Shown: positions 1-9,232 of the stretch, one piece after another | How positions within the stretch are numbered: position 1 is the first letter of the stretch | How the letters are laid out: the number at the start of each line of letters is the position of its first letter | NCBI GenBank assembly: GCA_963775425.1 | Contig: CAVZJB010000017.1 | Location: forward strand, 192,001 to 256,000 | DNA length: 64,000 nucleotides | Direction of reading: 5' to 3' | Source of the DNA: an uncultured delta proteobacterium | Lineage (GTDB): Bacteria; Myxococcota; UBA727; VGSZ01 | Translations under genes and position numbers: made by a program | Notes under the pieces: generated by a model | What the model was told of the DNA's origin: nothing | The model's database searches: none | Seen by the model: the letters and a program-made list of their open reading frames with translations, nothing else

Positions 1-962
1 CGCTGGTGCTCGAGAAGTCGTTCGCGTTCCCGCAGGTGTCGCTGCAGAAGATCGCGGGCGAGCGCGTCACCGGCATCGCCATGGTGCCGACTGTGGCCGC
101 GCTCTTCATCGAAAACGGCTTGCGCGAGGGCGGCCCCCACGACGTCAGCTCGCTGCGCTACGTCACCAACGCCGGCGCGGGCATGCCCGTGACGCTGGTG
201 CGCCGGGTGCGTCGAGCGCTGCCGAGCGTGAAGCTCGTGTTGATGTACGGGCAGACGGAGTGCATCCGCGCGTCCTACCTGCCGCCGGAGGACGTGGACC
301 GCCGCCCCGACGCCGTCGGACGCGGCATCCCCAACCAGGAGACGTGGCTCGTCGACGAGGACGGCACGCGCGTCGACGTCGGCGTCGGCGAGATGGTGGT
401 GCGCGGCGCGCACGTGATGCGCGGCTACTGGCGGCGGCCCGAAGCCACCGAGCAGAAGCTCCGCCCCGGGCCGCTGCCGGGCGAGCGCGTGCTCCACACG
501 GGCGATCTGTTCCGGCGCGACGAGGAGGGCCTCTTCTCCTTCGTCGCGCGCAAGGACGACATCATCAAGACGCGTGGCGAGAAGGTGAGCCCCAAGGAGG
601 TCGAGGACGTCCTGCTCGCCGTCCCCGGCGTCGAAGACGCCGCCGTCGCCGGCGTCGAAGACGCGCTCCTCGGCGAAGCCGTGCGCGCGTGGGTGGTTTC
701 TGCCGGCGGGGCGGAGCTCGAGGAGCGCGCCGTGCTGCGGGCGTGCCGGGACAAGCTCGAGGACTTCGCGGTGCCCAAGCGCGTGATCGTCGTGGACGCG
801 CTGCCGAAGAGCCTGAACGGAAAGATCGACAAGCGGGCCCTCGTGGCCACGGCGGCGGCGCGCGCGCCGCAGACGACGACAACGACGACGACGACAACGA
901 CGACGACGACGCGCCCGACGACGACCTCGACGGGGCCGACGCGAGCATGGCGGTCCGAGTGA
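1..962 (+). CDS. AMP-binding acyl-CoA ligase/adenylate-forming enzyme, 5' end outside window
   Basis: YGQTE, HTGDLF, RKDDIIKTRGEKVSPKEVE and LPKSLNGKIDK adenylation motifs; Thr-rich tail. Confidence 0.9.
   Translation, partial: LVLEKSFAFPQVSLQKIAGERVTGIAMVPTVAALFIENGLREGGPHDVSSLRYVTNAGAGMPVTLVRRVRRALPSVKLVLMYGQTECIRASYLPPEDVDRRPDAVGRGIPNQETWLVDEDGTRVDVGVGEMVVRGAHVMRGYWRRPEATEQKLRPGPLPGERVLHTGDLFRRDEEGLFSFVARKDDIIKTRGEKVSPKEVEDVLLAVPGVEDAAVAGVEDALLGEAVRAWVVSAGGAELEERAVLRACRDKLEDFAVPKRVIVVDALPKSLNGKIDKRALVATAAARAPQTTTTTTTTTTTTTRPTTTSTGPTRAWRSE
873..911 (+). repeat. (ACG/ACA)13 trinucleotide repeat encoding poly-Thr
   Basis: 13 consecutive Thr codons in the ligase C-terminus. Confidence 0.9.
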
Positions 963-975
963 CCCGGAGGATGAA

Positions 976-1959
976 GTGAGCCTGAACATGGACGCTCTTC
1001 GCATCGACACCAAGGCCACGGCCGACGCCATCGCCGAGCGCATGCGCGGCATCGTCTCCGACGTCCTCAAGAAGCGCGGCATCGTCGTCGGGTTGTCCGG
1101 CGGCATCGACTCGAGCGCCACCGCCGGGCTCGCGGTGCGCGCCCTCGGGCCCGATCGGGTCGTGGGCCTGTTGATGCCGGAGAGCGAGAGCGCCGACGAG
1201 ACGCTCGGCATCTCGCAGCGCGTGGGCGACGCGCTCGGCATCGAGACGATCCACGAGGACATCACGCCCATCCTTCGATCGGTGCGCGCCTACGAGCGCA
1301 GGGACACCGCCATCGCGCGCTGCGTCCCGGGTTACGGCCCCGGGTGGAAGAGCAAGATCGTGCTGCCGAACCTCCTCGAGAGCGACGCGCTGCGCTTCTA
1401 CTCGGTGGTGGCCAGGAGCCCGGACGGTGCGGTGTCGCGGACGCGCTTGAGCCCGGCCGCGTACCTGGAGGTGGTGGCGGCCACCAACTTCAAGCAGCGC
1501 ATCCGCAAGATGCTCGAGTACTTCCACGCCGACCGCCTCAACTACGCGGTGGCGGGCACGCCCAACAGGCTCGAGTACGACCAGGGCTTCTTCGTGAAGG
1601 GCGGCGACGGCCTCGGCGACGTCAAGCCCATCGCGCACCTGTACAAACAGCAGGTGTACGCCGTGGCCGCGGAGGTCGGGGTGCCCGAGGAGGTGCTGCG
1701 CCGGCGGCCCACGACGGACACGTACTCGCTGCCGCAGACCCAAGACGACTTCTACTTCTCGCTCCCCTACGAGCAGATGGACCTCTGCCTCTGGGGCAAG
1801 AACCACGGCGTCGCGGCCGCCGAGGTGGCGAGCGCGCTCTCGCTGCAGGACGAGCAGATCGAGCGCGTCTACCGGGACATCGAGCAGAAGCGCCGCACCA
1901 CCCGTCCGCTGCACTTGAACGCCGTCCTCATCGAGGACGTTTTGGAGATTCATCGATGA
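976..1959 (+). CDS. nadE: NH3-dependent NAD(+) synthetase family protein
   Basis: GLSGGIDS PP-loop, NFKQRIRK, GFFVKGGDG, KPIAHLYKQQV; GGAGG at 966-970 before GTG. Confidence 0.85.
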   Translation: MSLNMDALRIDTKATADAIAERMRGIVSDVLKKRGIVVGLSGGIDSSATAGLAVRALGPDRVVGLLMPESESADETLGISQRVGDALGIETIHEDITPILRSVRAYERRDTAIARCVPGYGPGWKSKIVLPNLLESDALRFYSVVARSPDGAVSRTRLSPAAYLEVVAATNFKQRIRKMLEYFHADRLNYAVAGTPNRLEYDQGFFVKGGDGLGDVKPIAHLYKQQVYAVAAEVGVPEEVLRRRPTTDTYSLPQTQDDFYFSLPYEQMDLCLWGKNHGVAAAEVASALSLQDEQIERVYRDIEQKRRTTRPLHLNAVLIEDVLEIHR

Positions 1960-2699
1960 GCAAGCTGGCGTTGAGCGCCGCGCTCCTGGCCGGTTGCGCG
2001 GACGGCGTTGATGGCACCCAGCTCGAGCGCGTCGCACAAGCGGGCGAGCTCGGCGCGCTCGAAAACAAGCGCGTCTTCTTCGGCCACCACTCGGTGGGCC
2101 GGGACATCCTCGACGGCGTGAGCCTTGTCGCGCCCGAGGCGCACCTGTTCGTCTCCGAGGCCGCCGTCGGCGAAAACGGGCAACCCTCGCTCAAGATCGC
2201 CGACTTCGAGGAGATCGCCCTCGGCTGCGACGCGGACATCGCGCTCATGAAGCTCTGCTTCGCCGACTTCACCCCGAGCACCGACGTCGACACGCTGTTC
2301 GCCCGCTACGCCGTCGCCGTCGACCGCATCCACGCCGCGCGGCCCGAGCTGGTCGTCGTCCACGTGACGCCCGCCCTGCACACGGAGACGCGCGACCCCC
2401 GGAGCATCGTGAAGCGGGTGCTCGGCAGGCCGGTGTGGGGTGACCAGGCCAACGCCAGGCGTGCGCTCTTCGCCGAGCGCATGCGCGAGCGCTTCGCCGA
2501 CGAGCCCCTGTTCGACCTGTCGCGCATCGAGAGCACCACGCCGAGCGGTGATCGCGTGCTCACGTTGATGGACGGCGCCGCCGTCCCCGCGCTGTGGGAC
2601 GGCTACAGCACCGACGGCGGACACCTGAACAATCGGGGCAAGCGCGTCGCTGCGGCCGCCTTCCTTGACGTGCTGGAGCGCGCCGCCGAGCTCGAGTGA
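1956..2699 (+). CDS. Putative lipoprotein, SGNH/GDSL-like hydrolase
   Basis: ATG overlaps nadE stop; LLAGC lipobox; FFGHHSVG and DGGHLN motifs. Confidence 0.6.
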   Translation: MSKLALSAALLAGCADGVDGTQLERVAQAGELGALENKRVFFGHHSVGRDILDGVSLVAPEAHLFVSEAAVGENGQPSLKIADFEEIALGCDADIALMKLCFADFTPSTDVDTLFARYAVAVDRIHAARPELVVVHVTPALHTETRDPRSIVKRVLGRPVWGDQANARRALFAERMRERFADEPLFDLSRIESTTPSGDRVLTLMDGAAVPALWDGYSTDGGHLNNRGKRVAAAAFLDVLERAAELE

Positions 2700-2716
2700 G
2701 CTGCGGCCCGGTCTTG

Positions 2717-3319
2717 TCACACGAGCTTGACGGGACGCGCCGGGACGCCGAACACGACGGCCCCCGGCGCTACGTCCTTGACGACGACGCTGTTGGCGCC
2801 GACGACGGCGTCGTCGCCGATGGTGACCTCGCCGAGCACGCAGGCGCCGGCGCCGAGGTCGACCCGATCACCGATGACGGGCTTGGCGGTGTCGTCGAGG
2901 CGGGTCATGACGCCGAGGGTGGTGTTCTGGCGGATGTGCACATCGTCACCGATGGAGCGCGCGCCGAGGACCATGCCGCCGTGATGCCAGAGGCGCACGC
3001 GGCGCCCGAGCTTCACGGTGTAGCCGAGGTCGATGCCGAACCCGAGCGTGACGCCGGTGTAGAGCGCCCGATACAGCGCCGTCATCGGCGCGCGCACGGG
3101 CCTCGGCAGGTCCATGCGCCAGTTGCCGAAGCGGTGCACCGCGACGGCCCAGAAGCCGGGCTCGAGCACGCTCGAGCCGTGGGTGCGGAAGTCCTCGGCG
3201 AGCAGCGCGGGCATGGAGATGCCGTGCGGGTTTTCGTTCTTGTCGCCGTGGGGGAGCGGCGGCCGCTCCTTCGGCGACAGGGGGACGGGCTCGGGGGCAT
3301 GCGCAACGGCTGCGTCCAT
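2717..3319 (-). CDS. Serine O-acetyltransferase-like hexapeptide-repeat acyltransferase
   Basis: Hexapeptide repeats IGDDVHI/IGDRVDLGAGA/IGDDAVVGANSVV and GVPAR end. Confidence 0.85.
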   Translation of the reverse strand: MDAAVAHAPEPVPLSPKERPPLPHGDKNENPHGISMPALLAEDFRTHGSSVLEPGFWAVAVHRFGNWRMDLPRPVRAPMTALYRALYTGVTLGFGIDLGYTVKLGRRVRLWHHGGMVLGARSIGDDVHIRQNTTLGVMTRLDDTAKPVIGDRVDLGAGACVLGEVTIGDDAVVGANSVVVKDVAPGAVVFGVPARPVKLV

Positions 3320-3420
3320 GCGGAAGCTCTTTGCACGCGACGCGCCGGGAGCCGGGAGCCCGACGGCGCGGCTCGCGCCGCCGCCTGCGGTCGATTCGGC
3401 ACGGCCGCGCGGGCGCGTGC

Positions 3421-3532
3421 GCACACGGGCGCGCGACACCGCCCCGCGCGCCGCGCTCGAGAACCGCATCGCTGAATAGGGTCAGTGCCCGCACACGGGC
3501 GCACGACACCGCCCCGCGCGCCGCGCTAGAGT
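3421..3532 (+). repeat. Direct repeat of about 40 bp, two copies 70 bp apart
   Basis: gcacacgggcgc[g/a]cgacaccgccccgcgcgccgcgct at 3421 and 3491. Confidence 0.9.
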
Positions 3533-3538
3533 GCGGAC

Positions 3539-4132
3539 ATGGGCGACATGAAGGTCAAAGGCGTCTCCGTACAGGTGCGGCTCGTCGCCGACGTCGAACG
3601 TACGGGCGAGGGGGCCAAGGTCGTCAAGCACGGCGGCGGCGGCGGCGAGGTGCGGTCGCGGGTCGAGATCGCGGCGGACGACGGGTTCAAGGGGACGGCG
3701 GCGGGCACAGGGCGGCTGCCGGCCTCGCTGCCCGGGGACAACAAGAGCCCGGTGGCGGTGGGCGCCGGCAAGGGCGTGCTCGGCCACCTGCTCTCCGCGG
3801 CGGTCACGCCGTCTGTGGCGGACCCCGGGCAGCTCTCCGCGGCCGAGCTGAAAGCGCTCCTGCAGCCGTTCTTCGGCCGGCCCGTCGTCGTCACCACCTA
3901 CGACAAGGACGATGCCTCGTCGCTCAAGGACGCGCTGAAGGCGCAGAGCGTCGGCGACACCCGCGGCACGCTCGTCGACGTCGGGCCCGAGGGGCTCGTC
4001 CTCGAGCACGAAGGCGGCAAGCAAGACACCGTGCGCGGCGAATACTGGGCTGTCGCGCGCATTCGCCTCGATGACGGCGACCGGCGCGTGGTGGCACAGG
4101 ACCCGAGCTACCCGAAGCTGTTCGCGGACTAG
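3539..4132 (+). CDS. Hypothetical protein
   Basis: 197-aa ORF with host-like codon use; TAGAGT 6 nt upstream of ATG. Confidence 0.65.
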   Translation: MGDMKVKGVSVQVRLVADVERTGEGAKVVKHGGGGGEVRSRVEIAADDGFKGTAAGTGRLPASLPGDNKSPVAVGAGKGVLGHLLSAAVTPSVADPGQLSAAELKALLQPFFGRPVVVTTYDKDDASSLKDALKAQSVGDTRGTLVDVGPEGLVLEHEGGKQDTVRGEYWAVARIRLDDGDRRVVAQDPSYPKLFAD

Positions 4133-4164
4133 CGCAGGCCCGCGCGGGTTGCTCCGTTGTCATC

Positions 4165-4977
4165 ATGCGGATCCTCGTCGCGTTCGGCCCCGAAGGAGAT
4201 GGCACGGCGCCACTCGCGCGCGCAGTGGGAGACGCGCTCGCGGCGGCGGGGCACCAGGCCGACGTGCGCGCGGTGCGCGGGCTGCGCGAGCTCGTCACGT
4301 GGGACGCCGTGCTCGTGGGCGGCACGCTGACCGCCGACGGCCTCCCCGGCGAGATCCGCCGCTTCGTGCGCAGGAACGTGGACGTGTTGCGCGCGATGCC
4401 CGTGTGGTTCTTCACGTGCGGCGCCGCCGTCCCCCGCCCGTTCCCCGCCGTCCCCGCGCGCGAGACGCAGGTGCGCGCGCTCATGAACGCGGTCGGGGCC
4501 CGCGGCCATGGCTCGGTCCGCGGCGACGGCGAGGCCCGCGCCTGGGCCGCCGCCGTCGGCGACGCGCTGGCCGCGGCGCCGGCGCCCCCGCGGCTGGCTG
4601 TCCGCCGGGCCCGCGCCCTGCGGCGCACGCGGCGCGCGCTCGTCCTGCTGTGCGCGGTCTCGGCGGTCATCGCGTTCGCCGAGGGCGGCGAGCTGGTGCT
4701 GTGGCACCGCCTGCTGTTCAACGTCGCCATCGGCGGCCTCGGCGCCGTCGCCGCGGTGTTGCTCGCGCGCGGGGCGCGTATCGCCGAGAGCGTCGCGCTC
4801 GTCGCGGGGCTCGCGCTGGTCATCTGGATCGCGACGGAGATGGCCCGCACGCAGGTGCTCGCCTGGCCGCACGCGATCTTCCTCGGGGTGGGCGTCGCCA
4901 CCTGTGCGCTCGCCGCGCGCCTCCTGACGGAGCACGCACGCACCCTCCCGCCGCGTCGGGCGGCGCGCGCCGCCTGA
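4165..4977 (+). CDS. Flavodoxin-like (HemG-type) domain plus membrane domain protein
   Basis: MRILVAFG..GT, WDAVLVGG, PVWFF N-terminal fold; hydrophobic C-terminal helices. Confidence 0.6.
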   Translation: MRILVAFGPEGDGTAPLARAVGDALAAAGHQADVRAVRGLRELVTWDAVLVGGTLTADGLPGEIRRFVRRNVDVLRAMPVWFFTCGAAVPRPFPAVPARETQVRALMNAVGARGHGSVRGDGEARAWAAAVGDALAAAPAPPRLAVRRARALRRTRRALVLLCAVSAVIAFAEGGELVLWHRLLFNVAIGGLGAVAAVLLARGARIAESVALVAGLALVIWIATEMARTQVLAWPHAIFLGVGVATCALAARLLTEHARTLPPRRAARAA

Positions 4978-5019
4978 TGCGCTCGGGGCCGGGGCGCGGC
5001 GCTTGCTCCGGTCTCCCTC

Positions 5020-5247
5020 ATGACGAACGCAAGCCTCGCTCCGACCTCGCCACGAAAGCTGATGCGCTCCCAGCGCTCGCGCATGATCGCCGGCGTATGC
5101 GGCGGCATCGCGGAGTACCTCGACGTCGATCCCACGGTGGTGCGCGTCGTATACGCGCTGCTCACCATCTTCACGGGGGTGCTCCCCGGGGTCCTCGTCT
5201 ACCTCGTCCTCCTGCTGGTGATCCCGTCGCAACGCGAGGAGGCGTGA
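5020..5247 (+). CDS. PspC domain protein
   Basis: RMIAGVCGGIAEYLDVDPTVVR signature. Confidence 0.9.
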   Translation: MTNASLAPTSPRKLMRSQRSRMIAGVCGGIAEYLDVDPTVVRVVYALLTIFTGVLPGVLVYLVLLLVIPSQREEA

Positions 5248-5248
5248 G

Positions 5249-5719
5249 ATGGCCTCGACCACCCGCGCCCGCCCGTTGCGCGCTCCCGCGGCGCGATCGA
5301 CGCCGACGGGTGGCGTGCGAGCCGCCGTGCGCTGGGCGCTCTTCGGGCTTTGCCTGTTCGCCGGCGTCACCGCCACCGCCGGCGGCATCGAGCTGGTCGC
5401 CTTCCGGCACGGTGGCGCGTGGCTGCCCATCGAGCTGCTCGTGGACGCCCCGTTCGACACGTTCCTGGTGCCCGGGCTGCTCCTCGGCGGTGTCGTCGGG
5501 TTGGCCAACGTCGTCGCCGCCGTGTTGGTCGCGATGAACGACCGCTTCGCGGCCGGCTTCGCGTTCGTCGCCGGAGCCGCCATGACAATCTTCATCTCGG
5601 TGGAATTCGCCATGCTGCGGGACAGGTCCTTCCTCGAGTGGCTCTACCTGGGCGTCGGCGTCGCCACGTGCCTGCTCGCGATCCTCGCCGCGCCCCGGCG
5701 GCGCCCCGCGCGCGGCTGA
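5249..5719 (+). CDS. Hypothetical membrane protein
   Basis: About four hydrophobic helices; PFDTFLVPGLLL. Confidence 0.7.
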   Translation: MASTTRARPLRAPAARSTPTGGVRAAVRWALFGLCLFAGVTATAGGIELVAFRHGGAWLPIELLVDAPFDTFLVPGLLLGGVVGLANVVAAVLVAMNDRFAAGFAFVAGAAMTIFISVEFAMLRDRSFLEWLYLGVGVATCLLAILAAPRRRPARG

Positions 5720-5826
5720 CGGTGACGCGGATGAAACGACGCGCGCCTCTCGCAATTCGAGCACGCCCGCGACGCCGCATCCGGCCGCGGCTGCCGTGAC
5801 GGCACGCCGCGTGCCTCGGGCGGCGC

Positions 5827-6365
5827 ATGCGCCTCGTCTTCGACCACGGCACCTTGGTGTTCCAGGACGTCCCCGCCGGCCTCGACCTCGGCGCGTTCGA
5901 AGGCGTTCGCTTCGATGCGCGCGTGAACGCATGGCGGGCGCGCGCGTGCGACCGCGAAGCGGTTTTGAACAATCTGCTGAGGCGGGGCCACGACGTCGTC
6001 GACGACACGCAGCGTGCGCTCGGCGGTCCGCGCGCCCTCCCCGACCTCGCGCTGCGCCCGTATCAAGACAGCGCGGTGCGCGCGTGGGAAGGAGCGCGCC
6101 GCCGCGGCGTCGTGGTCGCCCCGACGGGTAGCGGCAAGACGCGCATCGCGTTCGCGGCCATCGCGCGCTCCGCCTGCCGCACCCTCGTCATCGTGCCCAC
6201 GCGCGTCCTGCTCGAGCAGTGGTACGACGCCCTCGTGCACGCGGGCTTCGGGGCCGTGGGGCGCTACGGCGACGGCTTTCGCGAGATGGCAGCCATCACC
6301 GTGGCCACCATCGACGCGGCGTGGCGCTGGATGCACGTGCTCGGTGACGCGTTCGAGCTCGTGGT
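5827..6365 (+). pseudogene. Truncated SF2 (DEAD/DEAH, XPB/ResIII-like) helicase, N-terminal part only
   Basis: LRPYQ, Walker A APTGSGKT and motif Ia VPT present; homology ends at FELVV just before the expected DExH. Confidence 0.8.
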
Positions 6366-6539
6366 CTCGCGCGCTACCGGCGCGCGCGCGCGGAGAACCT
6401 CGTGCTCTGCGTCGACCGCGACCTCGCCTGCGCCGCCGGCGACCTCCCCGACAACGCCCGCATCGTACGCTTCCGAAAGCGCATCGACGTCGACGAGGTG
6501 CTAGCGGCCGTCAACGGGACGCTCCACGCGCCGTGCTGA
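6366..6539 (+). pseudogene. C-terminal fragment of a probable DUF790-family protein, in a different frame
   Basis: LARYRRARAENLVLCVDRDLACAAGDLPDNARIVRFRKRIDVDEVL; no start codon; family assignment from recall. Confidence 0.6.
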
Positions 6540-6546
6540 TGCGTCG

Positions 6547-7410
6547 TCACCCACGGCGCGAGCGAATGAGCCCTTCTTGTGCCGTGGACGCGACGAGCCG
6601 CCCGTCACGCGAAAAGATGCTGCCTCGGACGAGGCCGCGCGCGCCCGACGCCGACGGGCTGTGCATCACGTGGAGCAGCCAGTCATCCATGCGAAACGGG
6701 CGGTGGAACCACATCACGTGGTCGATGCTCGCGACCTGCATCGCGGGGTTCACCCAGGTGACGCCGTGCGGCCGCATCGCCGTGGTGACGAAGGAGAAGT
6801 CGGAGCAGTACGCGAGCAGATAGCGATGAAGCGCGGGCGTGTCGGCGAGCGTGCCGGCCGCCTTGAGCCAGACCGCGTGATCGGCGGGCTTCTTCTCCGG
6901 CGCGAAGGGCTCGACGGGATCGACGGGCACGACGACGATGGGGCGCTCGGCGAGCGCGCGGGCACGAACGCCGTCGGGGATGCCCTTGGCGAGCCGCCGC
7001 CACTGATCGAGCTCGCTCTCGAGACCTTCGGGTCCGCGCGTCTCCGGCATCGGGTCGGCGTGGTCGAAGCCGGGCTCGTCGAGCTGGAACGACGACGACA
7101 TGTGGAAGATGGGGCGCCCGCTCTGCACGGCCACCACGCGTCGCGTGGTGAAGCTCGCGCCGTCGCGAATGCGATCCACGTCGTAGACGATGGGCTTCTT
7201 GGCGTCGCCCGGCCGAAGGAAGTATGCGTGCATCGAGTGGACGCGCCTGTCCTCGGGGACAGTCTGCGCCGCCGCCGACAACGCCTGCCCGAGCACCTGA
7301 CCGCCGAAGACCTGTCCCCAGCCGAGGTCCTGGCTCTGTCCGCGGAAGAGGTTCTCCTCGATGCGCTCGAGGGCGAGGAGCATGACCAGCTCGTCGAGGA
7401 CGCGTGTCAT
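6547..7410 (-). CDS. tesB: Acyl-CoA thioesterase II
   Basis: VFGGQVLGQAL, HSMHAYFLRPGD, ASIDHVMWFH, QEGLIR. Confidence 0.95.
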   Translation of the reverse strand: MTRVLDELVMLLALERIEENLFRGQSQDLGWGQVFGGQVLGQALSAAAQTVPEDRRVHSMHAYFLRPGDAKKPIVYDVDRIRDGASFTTRRVVAVQSGRPIFHMSSSFQLDEPGFDHADPMPETRGPEGLESELDQWRRLAKGIPDGVRARALAERPIVVVPVDPVEPFAPEKKPADHAVWLKAAGTLADTPALHRYLLAYCSDFSFVTTAMRPHGVTWVNPAMQVASIDHVMWFHRPFRMDDWLLHVMHSPSASGARGLVRGSIFSRDGRLVASTAQEGLIRSRRG

Positions 7411-7568
7411 CCCGCGCACCCTAGCCGTCCGTTCGTCGTCGAGCGAGCCCTTTCCCGCGGACACACGTTGCTTCCAGCCCCGTGCGATGACCCTGGCACC
7501 GTTCCATCGCCACCGATGGGTCGGCATGTGCCGTGCACGTTCAGCGACGAGGACTTTCCGGAGGAAAC

Positions 7569-8660
7569 ATGCACAGCACCAGGATCATGAGCATCGGCGC
7601 TGCCGTCAGCGTCGCTCTGCTGCCCGCCATCGCGCACGCCGCCGACGACGTCATGCCCACCGACGACGCAGCGTACGACACCTGTATGAACGACTGCTCC
7701 GCAAACTGCGCGAACGCAGGGACCGGCGCAGCGACGCCGGCGCCACAGAAGACCACGGTGACCGACGAGAAGAAGATCGACACGGGCGCAGGCACCAGCG
7801 AAGAGAAGAAGGTCACGACCACCGAGGACAGCGCCCGCGTCTCGCCCGACGAGCAGGCCGCCGCGGTCGAAGCCGCGCGCGCTGAAGAGCGTGCTCGGGC
7901 GGCCGAGGAGTTCCGCGCCGAGGAGCAGCGGCTCAACGACGAGCACGAGGCCGACCTCGAGCGCGTCCGCACCGAGGCGCAGCAGCGCGCCGACGAACAG
8001 ATCGCGCACGAGCAGGCAACCCAGCAGCAGAAGATCGACATGCTCACCGCCGAGCAGAAAGAGGCCGAGCGGGCCGCGAAGCAAGAGGAGCGGCCGCTGA
8101 TCGAGCACGCGCTGCTGACGCCCGTCGGGATCTACGGCCAAATCGGCGGCGGCGTCGGCGACTTCACGCAGCCGAGCGCCTCCGGAACGACGAGCGTCGG
8201 CGGGAACTGGGATGCGCGCATCGGCATCGGGACCCGCTCGATCTTCGGCATCGAAGCCGACTACGCCGGCGGCTCCCGCGACATCTCCGCGCTCGGTCTG
8301 TCGAGCAGCGCGTTCCTCGTGAACAACGGCGTCGAGGGCATCGCGCGCTTGAACGTCCCCGTCACGATGACCAACAGCACGGGGATCTTCGAGCCGTACA
8401 CCTTCGGCGGCGTCGGCTGGCAGCACTACTCGCTCGCCAACGCGCCCACCAACACGTCTGACGTGAGCAACACCGACGACATCATGACGGTGCCGCTCGG
8501 CGTCGGCGTCGACCTCGGCCTCGGCGGCTTCACCCTCGACGGACGTTGGACGTACCGCCACGCGTTCTTCAGCGACCTCCTCGGCTCGCCGACGAGCAGC
8601 TTCGCCCCGACGTCACTGAACTCGTGGGAGCTCGGCGCCGGCATCGGCTTCGAGTTCTGA
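7569..8660 (+). CDS. Secreted protein with coiled coil and C-terminal outer-membrane beta-barrel
   Basis: Signal peptide (AHA), E/Q/R-rich helix, amphipathic strands ending GIGFEF; GGAGG upstream. Confidence 0.7.
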   Translation: MHSTRIMSIGAAVSVALLPAIAHAADDVMPTDDAAYDTCMNDCSANCANAGTGAATPAPQKTTVTDEKKIDTGAGTSEEKKVTTTEDSARVSPDEQAAAVEAARAEERARAAEEFRAEEQRLNDEHEADLERVRTEAQQRADEQIAHEQATQQQKIDMLTAEQKEAERAAKQEERPLIEHALLTPVGIYGQIGGGVGDFTQPSASGTTSVGGNWDARIGIGTRSIFGIEADYAGGSRDISALGLSSSAFLVNNGVEGIARLNVPVTMTNSTGIFEPYTFGGVGWQHYSLANAPTNTSDVSNTDDIMTVPLGVGVDLGLGGFTLDGRWTYRHAFFSDLLGSPTSSFAPTSLNSWELGAGIGFEF

Positions 8661-8704
8661 CGCGCTCGCTTGCTTGGTCGACCGGCGCGGCCGGCGTTGT
8701 GGCC

Positions 8705-9232
8705 TCAGGGCTGCGCGCCGGCCGCGTCGTTTTTGGGGCAGTCACCCCACAGGTCGACGAAGGCGGCGCGGTCTTGGGCGGTGGGCCTGACCGTGAGGTT
8801 GCCGGGGTTCATCAGGCTCGCGCGCGCGTCGACGGGGACGTGCACGAGGCCGAGCGTGTGCCCGATCTCGTGAGCCATGGTGATGGCGAGCCTGTCACGG
8901 TTCACGAGGGAGTCGTTGACGAAGATCTCTCCGCGAGAGTCGTCGTAGAAGCCGTGGAAGTTGCTGCCCGCGGGATCGAAGTGCACGGGGATGTGCGGCG
9001 CGTCAGCCACGTCCGCGTCCACGCCGTCGACCACGTAGCGGGCGCCGGCGAGCGCGTTCCACATCGAGGCGCCGTCGACGACGCCCTGGCGCTCCGCGTC
9101 GGTGGTGGCCGCCTCGGGTGCGAGCACCACGGGCTCGCACGGGTCGAACACGGTCTTGATGGTGTAGTCGCCCGCCGATTGCCCGCAGGCCGAAGCGGCG
9201 ACGACGGCGACCGCGCAGACGAGCGCCCTCAT
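8705..9232 (-). CDS. Matrixin-like (metzincin) metalloprotease lipoprotein
   Basis: ASAC lipobox; HEIGHTLGLVH; Met-turn SLMNP. Confidence 0.85.
   Translation of the reverse strand: MRALVCAVAVVAASACGQSAGDYTIKTVFDPCEPVVLAPEAATTDAERQGVVDGASMWNALAGARYVVDGVDADVADAPHIPVHFDPAGSNFHGFYDDSRGEIFVNDSLVNRDRLAITMAHEIGHTLGLVHVPVDARASLMNPGNLTVRPTAQDRAAFVDLWGDCPKNDAAGAQP

Noticed and set aside
976-1959. NadE as NAD supply for the ART system
   Set aside because: About 9 kb away, in a different operon, with no evidence of linkage
3421-3532. Repeat-spacer-repeat as CRISPR
   Set aside because: Only two copies, no cas genes, and it sits in a promoter region
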